This document shows, one piece after another, positions 1-8,100 of a stretch of 14,019 nt of DNA (within the stretch, counting starts at the first letter, position 1; every line of letters starts with the position of its first letter). A model generated the notes under the pieces. It was not told where the DNA came from. It saw only the letters and a program-made list of their open reading frames with translations, and did not search any database. Made by a program: the position numbers and the translations under genes. This stretch comes from a candidate division WOR-3 bacterium (GTDB taxonomy: Bacteria; Hydrothermota; Tepidihabitantia; Tepidihabitantales; DTDR01), in NCBI GenBank assembly GCA_039801885.1, contig JBDRVN010000045.1, positions 1 to 14,019 on the forward strand, in the 5' to 3' direction.

Positions 1-1
1 A

Positions 2-226
2 AACTTAATGAAAGATGAGATTAGGTTAAATATTGATAATTTAGGAGATGATTTAGAAATTGAGATTTACAATCTTTCTGGCAGGTTAATAAAAAATTAT
101 TATGTAAAGCCTGCCCAAAAAGTTATTTTAATTTTAGATAGAAAGAAAGAGAGGATTCCAAGAGGTATTTACTTTTTAAAACTCTCCTCTAAAAATTACC
201 AGAAAATAATAAAATTTATATTTTAG
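2..226 (+). CDS. 3' end of a secreted protein; T9SS type A sorting (CTD)-like domain, partial at window edge
   Basis: Frame is open from base 2 (AAC TTA ATG), so the ATG at 8 is probably internal. Motifs EIEIYNLSGRLIK and IPRGIYFLKL...QKIIKFIF* match the IYxxxGxxV / GxYxxK / KxxK pattern of Por secretion CTDs. Confidence 0.75.
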   Translation, partial: NLMKDEIRLNIDNLGDDLEIEIYNLSGRLIKNYYVKPAQKVILILDRKKERIPRGIYFLKLSSKNYQKIIKFIF

Positions 227-261
227 AGGATACTCTCTTAACACATTTACTATATATATCC

Positions 262-289
262 TTGACTTTTATTTAACTTTGATTATAAT
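262..289 (+). promoter_or_regulatory. Sigma70-type promoter for tRNA-Lys and probably downstream genes
   Basis: TTGACT (262-267), 16-bp spacer, TATAAT (284-289), 8 nt before the tRNA 5' end. Confidence 0.75.
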
Positions 290-297
290 TCTAAAAA

Positions 298-371
298 GGG
301 TCGTTAGCTCAGGCTGGTAGAGCACCTGATTTTTAATCAGGTGGCCGCAGGTTCGAGTCCTGCACGACCCA
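298..371 (+). tRNA. tRNA-Lys (anticodon UUU), CCA not encoded
   Basis: Cloverleaf folded by hand: acceptor GGGTCGT/ACGACCC, D arm GCTC/GAGC, anticodon stem CCTGA/TCAGG with loop TTTTTAA, T arm GCAGG-TTCGAGT-CCTGC, discriminator A371. Confidence 0.96.
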
Positions 372-387
372 TTTTATTTCTCTTATT

Positions 388-1521
388 ATGCCTAAAATTC
401 TTTTAATTAATTGGCGATGTCCGAAAAATCCTCTTGCTGGTGGAGCAGAAATTTATGCCTATGAGATTTTTAGAAGGATAAAAGAGCATGAAATAACTTA
501 TTTGGCAGAAAGATTTCCGGAAAGCAAAGAAGAGGAAGAGATAGAGGGAATAAGAATTATCCGGATTGGCAATAAATGGACTTTTAACTTTTCTGTTTAT
601 AAAAATATTAATGAAATTGTTGATAAATATAATTTTGATTTGGTGATTGATGATTTGAATAAAATCCCTTTTTACTCACCTTATTTTCTAAAAAAGAAAA
701 TTCCGGTTTTGGCTTTGGTAATGCATCTTTTTCGTAAGGCGATATTTTCGGAAACAAATATTTTCTTTGGTTCTTATGTTTATCTTACGGAATCTTTGAT
801 ATCTTTAGTTTATAAGAATAACTATTTTGCCTGTTTATCCCAAAGCACAAAAGAGGATTTATTGAGACTCTTTAAGAATAATAAAGAGATAGAAGAGAAA
901 ATTTATGTTATTCCACCAGGCATTGATTTGGATAGATATAAACCGGATTTTTCTAAAAAAAGAGAAAGAATTATCTGTCATGTCGGTCGCCTAAAAAAAT
1001 ATAAATCCATCCACCATCTTATTTATGCGGTTAAGATATTGAAAGAAAGAAATATTGATAATTTTAAAGTTCTAATTGTTGGTGAAGGAGATGATAAAGA
1101 AAGGTTAATGAGATTAGTTAAAAAATTGAATCTAACAGATATTATTGAGTTTACTGGTTATATATCAGAAGAAGAAAAGATTGATATTTATCAACGTTCA
1201 TTATTTCTTGTTGAGAATTCAATAAAAGAAGGTTGGGGACTTATTGTGATGGAAGCAAATGCTTGTGGCACGCCAGTAATTTCTGCTCAGACACCGGGTT
1301 TAAAAGAGACAGTAATTGACGGTGAAACGGGTTTTTTCTATCCCTATGGCGGTGTTCATATCTTAGCAGAAAAGATGAGAATTTTATTAGTAAATGATAA
1401 TTTAAGGGAAGAGATGAGTAAAAAGGCAATAGATTGGGCAAAAAATTTTACTTGGGAGAAATCAGCCAATTTAATGAAAGAGTTAATTGAAAAGATATTG
1501 AAATATGAATCCGGCAATTGA
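388..1521 (+). CDS. Glycosyltransferase family 4 (GT-B fold), 377 aa
   Basis: N-terminal NWRxPxNPLAGGAE, VGRLKKYK, and EGWGLIVMEANACGTPVI (E-x7-E nucleotide-sugar motif), plus ETVIDGETG. Confidence 0.92.
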   Translation: MPKILLINWRCPKNPLAGGAEIYAYEIFRRIKEHEITYLAERFPESKEEEEIEGIRIIRIGNKWTFNFSVYKNINEIVDKYNFDLVIDDLNKIPFYSPYFLKKKIPVLALVMHLFRKAIFSETNIFFGSYVYLTESLISLVYKNNYFACLSQSTKEDLLRLFKNNKEIEEKIYVIPPGIDLDRYKPDFSKKRERIICHVGRLKKYKSIHHLIYAVKILKERNIDNFKVLIVGEGDDKERLMRLVKKLNLTDIIEFTGYISEEEKIDIYQRSLFLVENSIKEGWGLIVMEANACGTPVISAQTPGLKETVIDGETGFFYPYGGVHILAEKMRILLVNDNLREEMSKKAIDWAKNFTWEKSANLMKELIEKILKYESGN

Positions 1522-2524
1522 AGTAATTGGCGTAACAAAAAAGTTTAGAAGAAGGACATCGGTAGTTAGGTATCTTTTTAAGAAAGAAAGAAGGGAAAAA
1601 ATTGCTTTGGATGATATTTTTTTAACTATTTATGATGGCGAATTGTTTGGACTTCTTGGTCCTAACGGTGCCGGAAAGACAACCTTGGTAAGATGTATTG
1701 CTACTTTATTAATTCCTGATAAAGGAGAGATAAAAATCTTTGGAAAAGATATTTCTAAAAATCCCAATTTTGCTCGCGAGAATATTGGTTTATTAACGAG
1801 TGGCGAAAGGACATTATATTGGAAATTATCAGCCATTGATAATCTTCGTTTCTTTGCTGCTTTATACGGGCTTTCCGGAAAAGAAAGAGATAAAAGGATT
1901 GACTATCTTTTAGAACTTTTAGAATTGAAAGATGTTGCTGATGAACGGGTAGAAAAATATTCTTCGGGAATGAAGCAAAAATTATCTTTAGCAAGGGCAT
2001 TATTACACGACCCAAAAATCTTACTTTTGGATGAACCAACTTTGGGATTAGACCCGGCTTTTGCCCGGTTTATTAGAAATTTTATCAAAGAAGAATTGGT
2101 AAAAAAAGGAAAAAAGACAATTTTATTAACTACCCATTATATGGACGAAGCCGATGAACTTTGTGAGCGGATTGCCTTTATTCATAATGGAAAGATTATT
2201 GATGTAAAAACACCGGAAGAATTTAAAGAATCAATTCCCCATAAAGATGTTTTAGAAATAAGATTTTTAGGTTTTATTGAAAAGGAAGATTTCCAAAAAA
2301 TTTCTGGTGTTGAGAATTTTACTATGTTTAGTGAAAATGGCATTTGGACAGCCAAGTTTATCTGTAAAGATACTGAAGCAATCTTGAATGATGTCTTATC
2401 AATATTGAATAATAAAAAGTGTAAAATTCTGTCGGTTGTAAATTTAGAGCCAACCTTAGAGGATGTTTTTATCTATCATACCGGAAAATCTTTAAAAGAA
2501 GATACCAGTGAAGAATTCTCTTGA
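1505..2524 (+). CDS. ABC-2 type exporter ATP-binding subunit (DrrA/NatA-like, C-terminal DUF4162-like domain), 339 aa
   Basis: Walker A GPNGAGKTT, signature YSSGMKQK, Walker B LLLDEP, H-loop TTHYM, C-terminal EPTLEDVF. Overlaps the GT gene by 17 nt. Confidence 0.92.
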   Translation: MNPAIEVIGVTKKFRRRTSVVRYLFKKERREKIALDDIFLTIYDGELFGLLGPNGAGKTTLVRCIATLLIPDKGEIKIFGKDISKNPNFARENIGLLTSGERTLYWKLSAIDNLRFFAALYGLSGKERDKRIDYLLELLELKDVADERVEKYSSGMKQKLSLARALLHDPKILLLDEPTLGLDPAFARFIRNFIKEELVKKGKKTILLTTHYMDEADELCERIAFIHNGKIIDVKTPEEFKESIPHKDVLEIRFLGFIEKEDFQKISGVENFTMFSENGIWTAKFICKDTEAILNDVLSILNNKKCKILSVVNLEPTLEDVFIYHTGKSLKEDTSEEFS

Positions 2525-2548
2525 TTTTAATAACTCTTTGATTAAAAT
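2521..2548 (+). promoter_or_regulatory. Sigma70-type promoter directly ahead of htrA (likely leaderless mRNA)
   Basis: TTGATT (2521-2526), 16-bp spacer, TAAAAT (2543-2548), then only 6 nt to ATG 2555; no SD. Confidence 0.6.
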
Positions 2549-2554
2549 TTAACT

Positions 2555-3739
2555 ATGAGAAAAATTATTTATTTTATACTTCTTCTTGTAGGTATTATTT
2601 TGGGTATTTTGATTGGCTTTACTTATCGCTATTTCTTTACTAAACAAAATTCCTTAGATTTTCCGAAAGAAAAATTAGTTTTAGTTAGTGAATTAGAAGA
2701 AAAGATTAATAATCAAAGAGTAAACGCAATTGTTTTAAGTGCCAATAAAGTTAGCCCCGCAGTCGTTTCCATTGCCGTTACTCAGACAAGGATTGTTACT
2801 TATTCGCCCTTCTCTTCGCCCTTTCTTGATGATTTCTGGCGGGACTTTTTTAGAGATTTCTTACCGCAAAGAAGATACAAACAAGAGATAAAAGGTTTGG
2901 GAAGCGGTGTGATTATTGACCCCAATGGTTATATTGTGACTAATGCCCATGTGGTAGAGATGGCAACTGAAATTAAAGTTTCTCTTCCTGATGGTCGTTC
3001 TTTTGATGCCGAAATTATTGATATTGATAGCGAAGAAGATTTGGCGTTATTGAAAATAAATGGCAAGGATTTACCTTATGCTAAATTAGGAAATTCTGAT
3101 GATTTATTAATTGGCGAATGGGTTATCGCCTTAGGTAATCCTTTTGGTTTTTTGATTGAAGATACAAAACCAACAGTAACCGTGGGTGTGATTTCGGCAG
3201 TGAGCCGAGAAATAAGGGCTTCCCAAACCGGTCGGGAATATAAAAATATGATTCAAACCGATGCAGCAATTAATCCGGGAAATTCCGGTGGACCTTTGGT
3301 AAATGTTTTAGGAGAAGTTATTGGCATAAATACTTTTATTTTCTCCCATGCGGGTGGTAGCGAAGGTGTTGGCTTTGCTATTCCAATTAACCGAGTTAAA
3401 GAATTTATTGAAAGGGCAAAGAAACAAGCAAAACAAAAGAAAGAGATAATAAAAATTAAGATTGAGAGATGGGGAATAGAAGTGAGCGATATTGATAATT
3501 ATCTTAAAAAGAAATATTCTTTACAGACAAATTACGGAGCAGTTATTTTAAAAATAGAAGAAAATAGTTTTGCGGAGGCATTAGGTTTGGATGTGGGCGA
3601 TGCAATTTTAAGTTTTCAAGATGAAAAAATTACCAGTGCTAATGATTTAAAAAATAAGATAGATAGTTTTCGAGGTAATAGTATAAAATTGATTATTGAA
3701 AGAAGGGGTGAAAAGATAAGAATCCATTATCGTTTCTAA
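2555..3739 (+). CDS. htrA: HtrA/DegP-family membrane-anchored serine protease with one PDZ domain, 394 aa
   Basis: N-terminal TM helix; GLGSGVII; triad motifs TNAHVV, DLALLK, QTDAAINPGNSGG; GFAIP; C-terminal PDZ-like region (GLDVGDAIL). Confidence 0.93.
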   Translation: MRKIIYFILLLVGIILGILIGFTYRYFFTKQNSLDFPKEKLVLVSELEEKINNQRVNAIVLSANKVSPAVVSIAVTQTRIVTYSPFSSPFLDDFWRDFFRDFLPQRRYKQEIKGLGSGVIIDPNGYIVTNAHVVEMATEIKVSLPDGRSFDAEIIDIDSEEDLALLKINGKDLPYAKLGNSDDLLIGEWVIALGNPFGFLIEDTKPTVTVGVISAVSREIRASQTGREYKNMIQTDAAINPGNSGGPLVNVLGEVIGINTFIFSHAGGSEGVGFAIPINRVKEFIERAKKQAKQKKEIIKIKIERWGIEVSDIDNYLKKKYSLQTNYGAVILKIEENSFAEALGLDVGDAILSFQDEKITSANDLKNKIDSFRGNSIKLIIERRGEKIRIHYRF

Positions 3740-3740
3740 T

Positions 3741-5045
3741 ATGATTGAGAGATATTTAACAAAAGAGATGGTAGAATTGTGGAAGGAGGATAAGCGTTTT
3801 GAATATTGGTTGTTGGTAGAAAAGACTGTTGCCGAAGTCCAAGGAGAATTAGGAGTAATACCAAAGGAATGCGCCAAAGAGATAAAGAAGGCAAGTTTTT
3901 CGCTATCAGAGATAAAAGAATTAGAAAAAGAAACCGGTCACGATGTTATTGCCTTTTTGAAATCTATTGAAAATCATCTATCGGATGAAAAAGCAAAAAG
4001 TTATTTACATTATGGGCTAACTTCTTACGATATTGTTGATACGGCTTGGGCATTACAACTAAGGGATGGGATAGAGATAATTATTAACTCTTTAAAAAAA
4101 TTAAAAGAGATAATTAAAAATCTGGCATTAAAATATGAAAATTTAGTAATGATGGGCAGAACCCATGGAATTTTTGCTGAGCCAATTACTTTTGGTTTAA
4201 AAATGCTCTCTTTTTACTGTGAAATAGATAGAAATATCGTGAGATTAGAAAGAGCAAAAGAAGAGATTTCTTACGGAAAAATATCTGGAGCGGTAGGTAC
4301 CTATTCTACTTTAAATCCAGAAGTAGAAAAAGAAGTTTTAAAAAAGTTGAATCTAAAAGTTGAGACAGTTTCTACTCAGATTGTTCCGCGGGATAGATAT
4401 GCTTATTTAATTACTATCTGTGCTATCGTTGCTTCTTCTTTTGAAAGGGTTGCTACCGAAATTAGAAATTTACAAAGAAGCGAAATTGATGAAGTGAGTG
4501 AACCTTTCTTAGAAAAGCAAAAAGGCTCTTCGGCAATGCCTCACAAAAGAAACCCAATTTTATGCGAAAGAATAGTGAGTTTGTCAAGATATATTAGAAG
4601 TTTAATTTTTCCTGCCTTAGAAAATATCTCGCTGTGGCACGAAAGGGATTTGACAAATTCAGCAAATGAAAGAATAGTTTTTCCCCACACTTTAATTCTT
4701 TTACATTATATTATTGAAAAGATGATTTTTATTTTTAGTAATCTAAAAATAAATGAAGATAAGATGAAAGAAAATATTTTAAAAGCAAAAGAATTATACT
4801 ATTCTTCGCTTTTGTTAATTTTATTAATGAAAAAGGGATTAAAAAGAAGTTTAGCTTATGACTTGGTGCAAAGACTTTCTTTTTTAGTAATGGAGAAAGA
4901 TAGAAGTTTCTTAGAAGTTATTAAAGAAGATAAAGAGATAAGAAAATATTTAAACGAAGAGGAGTTAAATAAATACTTTAATTTGAAATATTTATTAAGA
5001 AATGTGAAAGAAATATTTAAAAGGGTTTTAAAGGAGGAAGTATGA
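3741..5045 (+). CDS. purB: Adenylosuccinate lyase, 434 aa
   Basis: MIERY start, [34 protein letters not shown], fumarate-lyase signature [20 protein letters not shown]. Confidence 0.96.
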   Translation: MIERYLTKEMVELWKEDKRFEYWLLVEKTVAEVQGELGVIPKECAKEIKKASFSLSEIKELEKETGHDVIAFLKSIENHLSDEKAKSYLHYGLTSYDIVDTAWALQLRDGIEIIINSLKKLKEIIKNLALKYENLVMMGRTHGIFAEPITFGLKMLSFYCEIDRNIVRLERAKEEISYGKISGAVGTYSTLNPEVEKEVLKKLNLKVETVSTQIVPRDRYAYLITICAIVASSFERVATEIRNLQRSEIDEVSEPFLEKQKGSSAMPHKRNPILCERIVSLSRYIRSLIFPALENISLWHERDLTNSANERIVFPHTLILLHYIIEKMIFIFSNLKINEDKMKENILKAKELYYSSLLLILLMKKGLKRSLAYDLVQRLSFLVMEKDRSFLEVIKEDKEIRKYLNEEELNKYFNLKYLLRNVKEIFKRVLKEEV

Positions 5046-6244
5046 TTGACTTTTCTTTTACCGAAGAACAGTTAATGATTCAAAGAATAGCAAGAGATTT
5101 TGCCCAAAAAGAGATTTTACCAAAGATTAGGGATTTAGACCGCGCCCAAACTTTTGATAGAAATATTCTAAAAAAAATGGCTGAATTAGGTCTTTTGGGT
5201 TTAACAATTCCTGAGGAATATGGTGGTGCTTATTGTGATTATATCACTTTGGGACTTGTTTGTGAAGAATTGGAATATGTTGATACTTCTCTGAGGGTAA
5301 TCCTTTCGGTTCATATTGGATTAAATAGTTTAACATTGCTTACTTGGGGTAATGAAGAACAGAAGAAAAAATATTTAATTCCGCAGGCAAGGGGTGAAAA
5401 AATTGCTACTTTTGGGTTAACCGAACCTAATGCTGGTAGTGATGTGGTAGCAATTGAAACGAAGGCGGAAAAGAAAGGCGATTATTATATTTTAAATGGC
5501 GAAAAGATGTGGATCAGTTTAGCCGATGTTGCTGACCATTTTATTATCTTTGCCTGGACTGATTTAGAAAAGAAAAAGAGAAGAGACCATTCCGGAATTA
5601 GTGCTTTTATTGTAGAAAGAGGAATGAAAGGATTGGAGACAGCAACAATTCATAATAAATTAGGAATTAGGGCTGGAAATACTGGTTCGATTTCCCTTAC
5701 CGATGTAGAAGTACCAAAAGAAAATCTCTTAGGAGAAGAGGGAGAAGGTTTCAAGATTGCGATGTTTGCTATTGACCAAGGAAGATATACAGTTGCAGCT
5801 GGTGCTACTGGATTAATTAGGGCTTGTTTAGACTATTCAGTAAAATATGCTAATGAGAGAAAAACCTTTGGTATGCCGATTGGTTATCATCAATTAATAA
5901 AAGAGATGATATCTCAAATGGCAGTGGATTATGAAATCTCTCGGCTTTTATATTTAAAGGCAGGTTGGTTAAAAAATCAAGGGATAAGAAATACAAGAGA
6001 GACTTCAATGGCAAAATATTATGCCTGTGAAGCAGCGGAAAGGGCAGCATCCAATGCCGTTCAAATTCACGGTGCCTATGGTTTTTCTGATGAATATCCG
6101 GTGGAAAGATTTTATCGAAATGCGAAAGGTGCCCAGATTTATGAAGGTTCAAGAGAAATACATAAAGTCTTACAAGCCGACTATGCTTTAGGTTTAAGAA
6201 CAGATAAGCCATTAAGATGTAATTTACCACCTTATAAGGGTTAA
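5042..6244 (+). CDS. Acyl-CoA dehydrogenase, 400 aa (substrate uncertain)
   Basis: [36 protein letters not shown], catalytic IYEG. SD GGAGG 5033-5037 and ATGA overlap with the purB stop. Confidence 0.93.
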   Translation: MIDFSFTEEQLMIQRIARDFAQKEILPKIRDLDRAQTFDRNILKKMAELGLLGLTIPEEYGGAYCDYITLGLVCEELEYVDTSLRVILSVHIGLNSLTLLTWGNEEQKKKYLIPQARGEKIATFGLTEPNAGSDVVAIETKAEKKGDYYILNGEKMWISLADVADHFIIFAWTDLEKKKRRDHSGISAFIVERGMKGLETATIHNKLGIRAGNTGSISLTDVEVPKENLLGEEGEGFKIAMFAIDQGRYTVAAGATGLIRACLDYSVKYANERKTFGMPIGYHQLIKEMISQMAVDYEISRLLYLKAGWLKNQGIRNTRETSMAKYYACEAAERAASNAVQIHGAYGFSDEYPVERFYRNAKGAQIYEGSREIHKVLQADYALGLRTDKPLRCNLPPYKG

Positions 6245-6248
6245 AATT

Positions 6249-6434
6249 ATGCCGATAATTTATTTAAAATCTGGTGGCTATTGTGAATGTGAAGGTTATA
6301 CAATAAAAGATAACTGTATAAAAGCGGTTGGTGTTAAGTTTAATGTTGATAATTTGCCTGAAGAACTAAAAAAACAAAAAGAAGCGGTTATTCCATTAGA
6401 TAATGTTTTATATATTGTAAGTCCAAAAAGTTAA
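6249..6434 (+). CDS. Small hypothetical protein, 61 aa, possible Sm/LSm/Hfq-like beta fold
   Basis: Starts 4 nt after the upstream stop and fills the gap to the convergent gene; pattern IIYLKSG...AVIPLDNVLYIV. Confidence 0.7.
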   Translation: MPIIYLKSGGYCECEGYTIKDNCIKAVGVKFNVDNLPEELKKQKEAVIPLDNVLYIVSPKS

Positions 6435-6444
6435 TTAAACTCTT

Positions 6445-7686
6445 TTATCCTTTTTTTACTTCGCAAACGAGAAGTTTTCGGTTTAAGGTAATTCGGCTTA
6501 AAGTATAACCGGGGAAAGCATTAGTAAATCTATCTTTTAGATAAGAATAAATTGACCTTGCTTCGGAAAATTTATCCCTTTTTGCCCAGACTAGTAAATC
6601 AATGGTTCTTTCTGAAACAATATTTTCTTTACTTTTATTCACTCCTTCTTTTAACATATCTAAAAGGGCAAATTGCATCTTTTCTAATCTTTCGGAAGAG
6701 ATACCGGTTGGGAATTTGATAACAATTTTATATTGGAGTCCATATTTGATATCGTCTTTCCAATAATTTGTCATCCTTGATAATACCCTATCCATACAAT
6801 CATTTAAAGCACTTTCTAAAACTACTTGGTCAGAAGTGGTGGCAACTTCCGGACTATAACCGGTTTCAGTTCCTAAAAGTCGGCCGGTGGTTGTTTCATA
6901 AATTCTTACGCCTACCGATGCCTTTTTTGTTCCATAACGACCACTGGTAATATCAACGGTAAAAGTAATATAGATATCGGAACCGATTGTTAAAGCATAT
7001 AAATAAGAGATATCTTCTTTTATTTTTTTCTCTTCACCTAAAGCCGAAACAATTTCGTTAATCTGAACAGTGGCATCAGGAACACTCACATTATATTTTC
7101 TCGCGGTCAAAAAAGACTCAATAATCTGTGCTGCCTTTCGATGCAAGAAACTTGTTTGTAATTTCTCAATCGGACTCTCATCTTTACTTACTTGTGGAAT
7201 AACCATTACAAAGGGAGTGCCGATCTCTTCGGAGATTTCTTCTACTGCCTTAATTACTCCTTTACTTACTAAGTATTCGGTTAAAATTCTTTTATTCACC
7301 CTCATCAATTTACTTATCTTTAATCTTCCATCAGCCAGTTTGGTTCTTTTTTGGTATTTATCATCCTCCCAACTGATAAATTTGACAACCGAATCCTTAT
7401 TTAGTACGAGTTCTTTAATTCCCTCAAATCTTACTTTCTCATCTTCTCTTTGTAATATTGGATCAGTTCCGCCAAGAAGGACAAAATGGACTGCTTGATA
7501 ACGGGCATCCTTTTCCGCCTCAACTAAATTCTTACCAACACCGGTTGCTAAAATAACAACTTCGGCTGGTGAATAGGTTTCAACAAAACTTGCCTCACCA
7601 GTTGCCGGCACCATTGGTTTTTTCGCACAATAAATAATTAAAATTAAACTAAATAAAATAAATGTTAAGGTTTTTATTTTTCTCAT
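6445..7686 (-). CDS. Lipoprotein, 413 aa, DUF6175-like (LPP20/FlgT_N-like N-domain, CsgG/TolB_N-like middle domain)
   Basis: Start re-called to ATG 7686 (SD GGAGG 7691-7695; ATGA overlap with upstream stop). Signal peptide MRKIKTLTFILFSLILIIYC with Cys20. Motifs AEKDARYQAV, PFVMVIP, YETTTGRLLG. Family call is from recall. Confidence 0.7.
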   Translation of the reverse strand: MRKIKTLTFILFSLILIIYCAKKPMVPATGEASFVETYSPAEVVILATGVGKNLVEAEKDARYQAVHFVLLGGTDPILQREDEKVRFEGIKELVLNKDSVVKFISWEDDKYQKRTKLADGRLKISKLMRVNKRILTEYLVSKGVIKAVEEISEEIGTPFVMVIPQVSKDESPIEKLQTSFLHRKAAQIIESFLTARKYNVSVPDATVQINEIVSALGEEKKIKEDISYLYALTIGSDIYITFTVDITSGRYGTKKASVGVRIYETTTGRLLGTETGYSPEVATTSDQVVLESALNDCMDRVLSRMTNYWKDDIKYGLQYKIVIKFPTGISSERLEKMQFALLDMLKEGVNKSKENIVSERTIDLLVWAKRDKFSEARSIYSYLKDRFTNAFPGYTLSRITLNRKLLVCEVKKG

Positions 7687-7700
7687 AATTCCTCCTTTTT
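7678..7700. repeat. 23-bp exact direct repeat, copy 1
   Basis: TTTTCTCATAATTCCTCCTTTTT, identical to 8076-8098 (minus strand AAAAAGGAGGAATTATGAGAAAA). Confidence 0.9.
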
Positions 7701-8084
7701 TAAAACTTCGGTTTTTCCTAACTTTTTTGCCAATTTCCAATGAATTAAAAAAATCGGAATGACAATAACAAAACAGATAAGCATATAAATAATATTTTGA
7801 ATCCCATCCCTTTTTTCACTTTTTATTGCAATCTCTTTTGCATCTTGCCAACGAATTCTTAATTCCTCATCGGTTAATTTTGGTGTCTTTTCTTCTTTTT
7901 CCCATTCACTTTTGAAACTTTGGAATGTGGCTATCTTTTTCCATTCCCAAGAAGGCATAGTAAGTTCTGGATAAGCAATTTTAAATATTCCATATATTCC
8001 CACACAGAGAAAAATCATACCACAACCAAGAGCAATAACACAAATTACATAAGCATAAATCTGTTTTATGAGATCTTTTCTCAT
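7683..8084 (-). CDS. Two-TM membrane protein, 133 aa, DUF5671-like
   Basis: SD GGAGG 8089-8093. TM1 IYAYVICVIAL...IFKIAYP, charged helical loop, TM2 ending VIPIFLIHWK, a P-x4-HW motif recalled for DUF5671. Confidence 0.75.
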   Translation of the reverse strand: MRKDLIKQIYAYVICVIALGCGMIFLCVGIYGIFKIAYPELTMPSWEWKKIATFQSFKSEWEKEEKTPKLTDEELRIRWQDAKEIAIKSEKRDGIQNIIYMLICFVIVIPIFLIHWKLAKKLGKTEVLKKEEL

Positions 8085-8098
8085 AATTCCTCCTTTTT
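8076..8098. repeat. 23-bp exact direct repeat, copy 2
   Basis: TTTTCTCATAATTCCTCCTTTTT, identical to 7678-7700. Confidence 0.9.
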
Positions 8099-8100
8099 AA

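Noticed and set aside
225..236. AGAG-GATA-CTCT hairpin after the first gene
   Set aside because: 4-bp stem with no proper U-tract; too weak to call a terminator.
2006..2014. CACGACCCA matching the tRNA 3' end (363-371), a possible att site
   Set aside because: Only 9 bp, inside the conserved LHDP codons of the ABC ATPase, and no integrase is present.
5046..5051. TTGACT at the start of the acyl-CoA dehydrogenase
   Set aside because: Explained by the Ile-Asp-Phe codons; no -10 box at 16-18 bp.
6425..6446. Imperfect AT-rich inverted repeat at the convergent gene junction
   Set aside because: Almost no GC pairs and bulged; a bidirectional terminator is not supportable.
7687..7740. Longer start (7740) for the lipoprotein given in the ORF track
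   Set aside because: Overlaps the upstream gene; ATG 7686 has an SD, ATGA coupling and a correctly sized lipoprotein signal.
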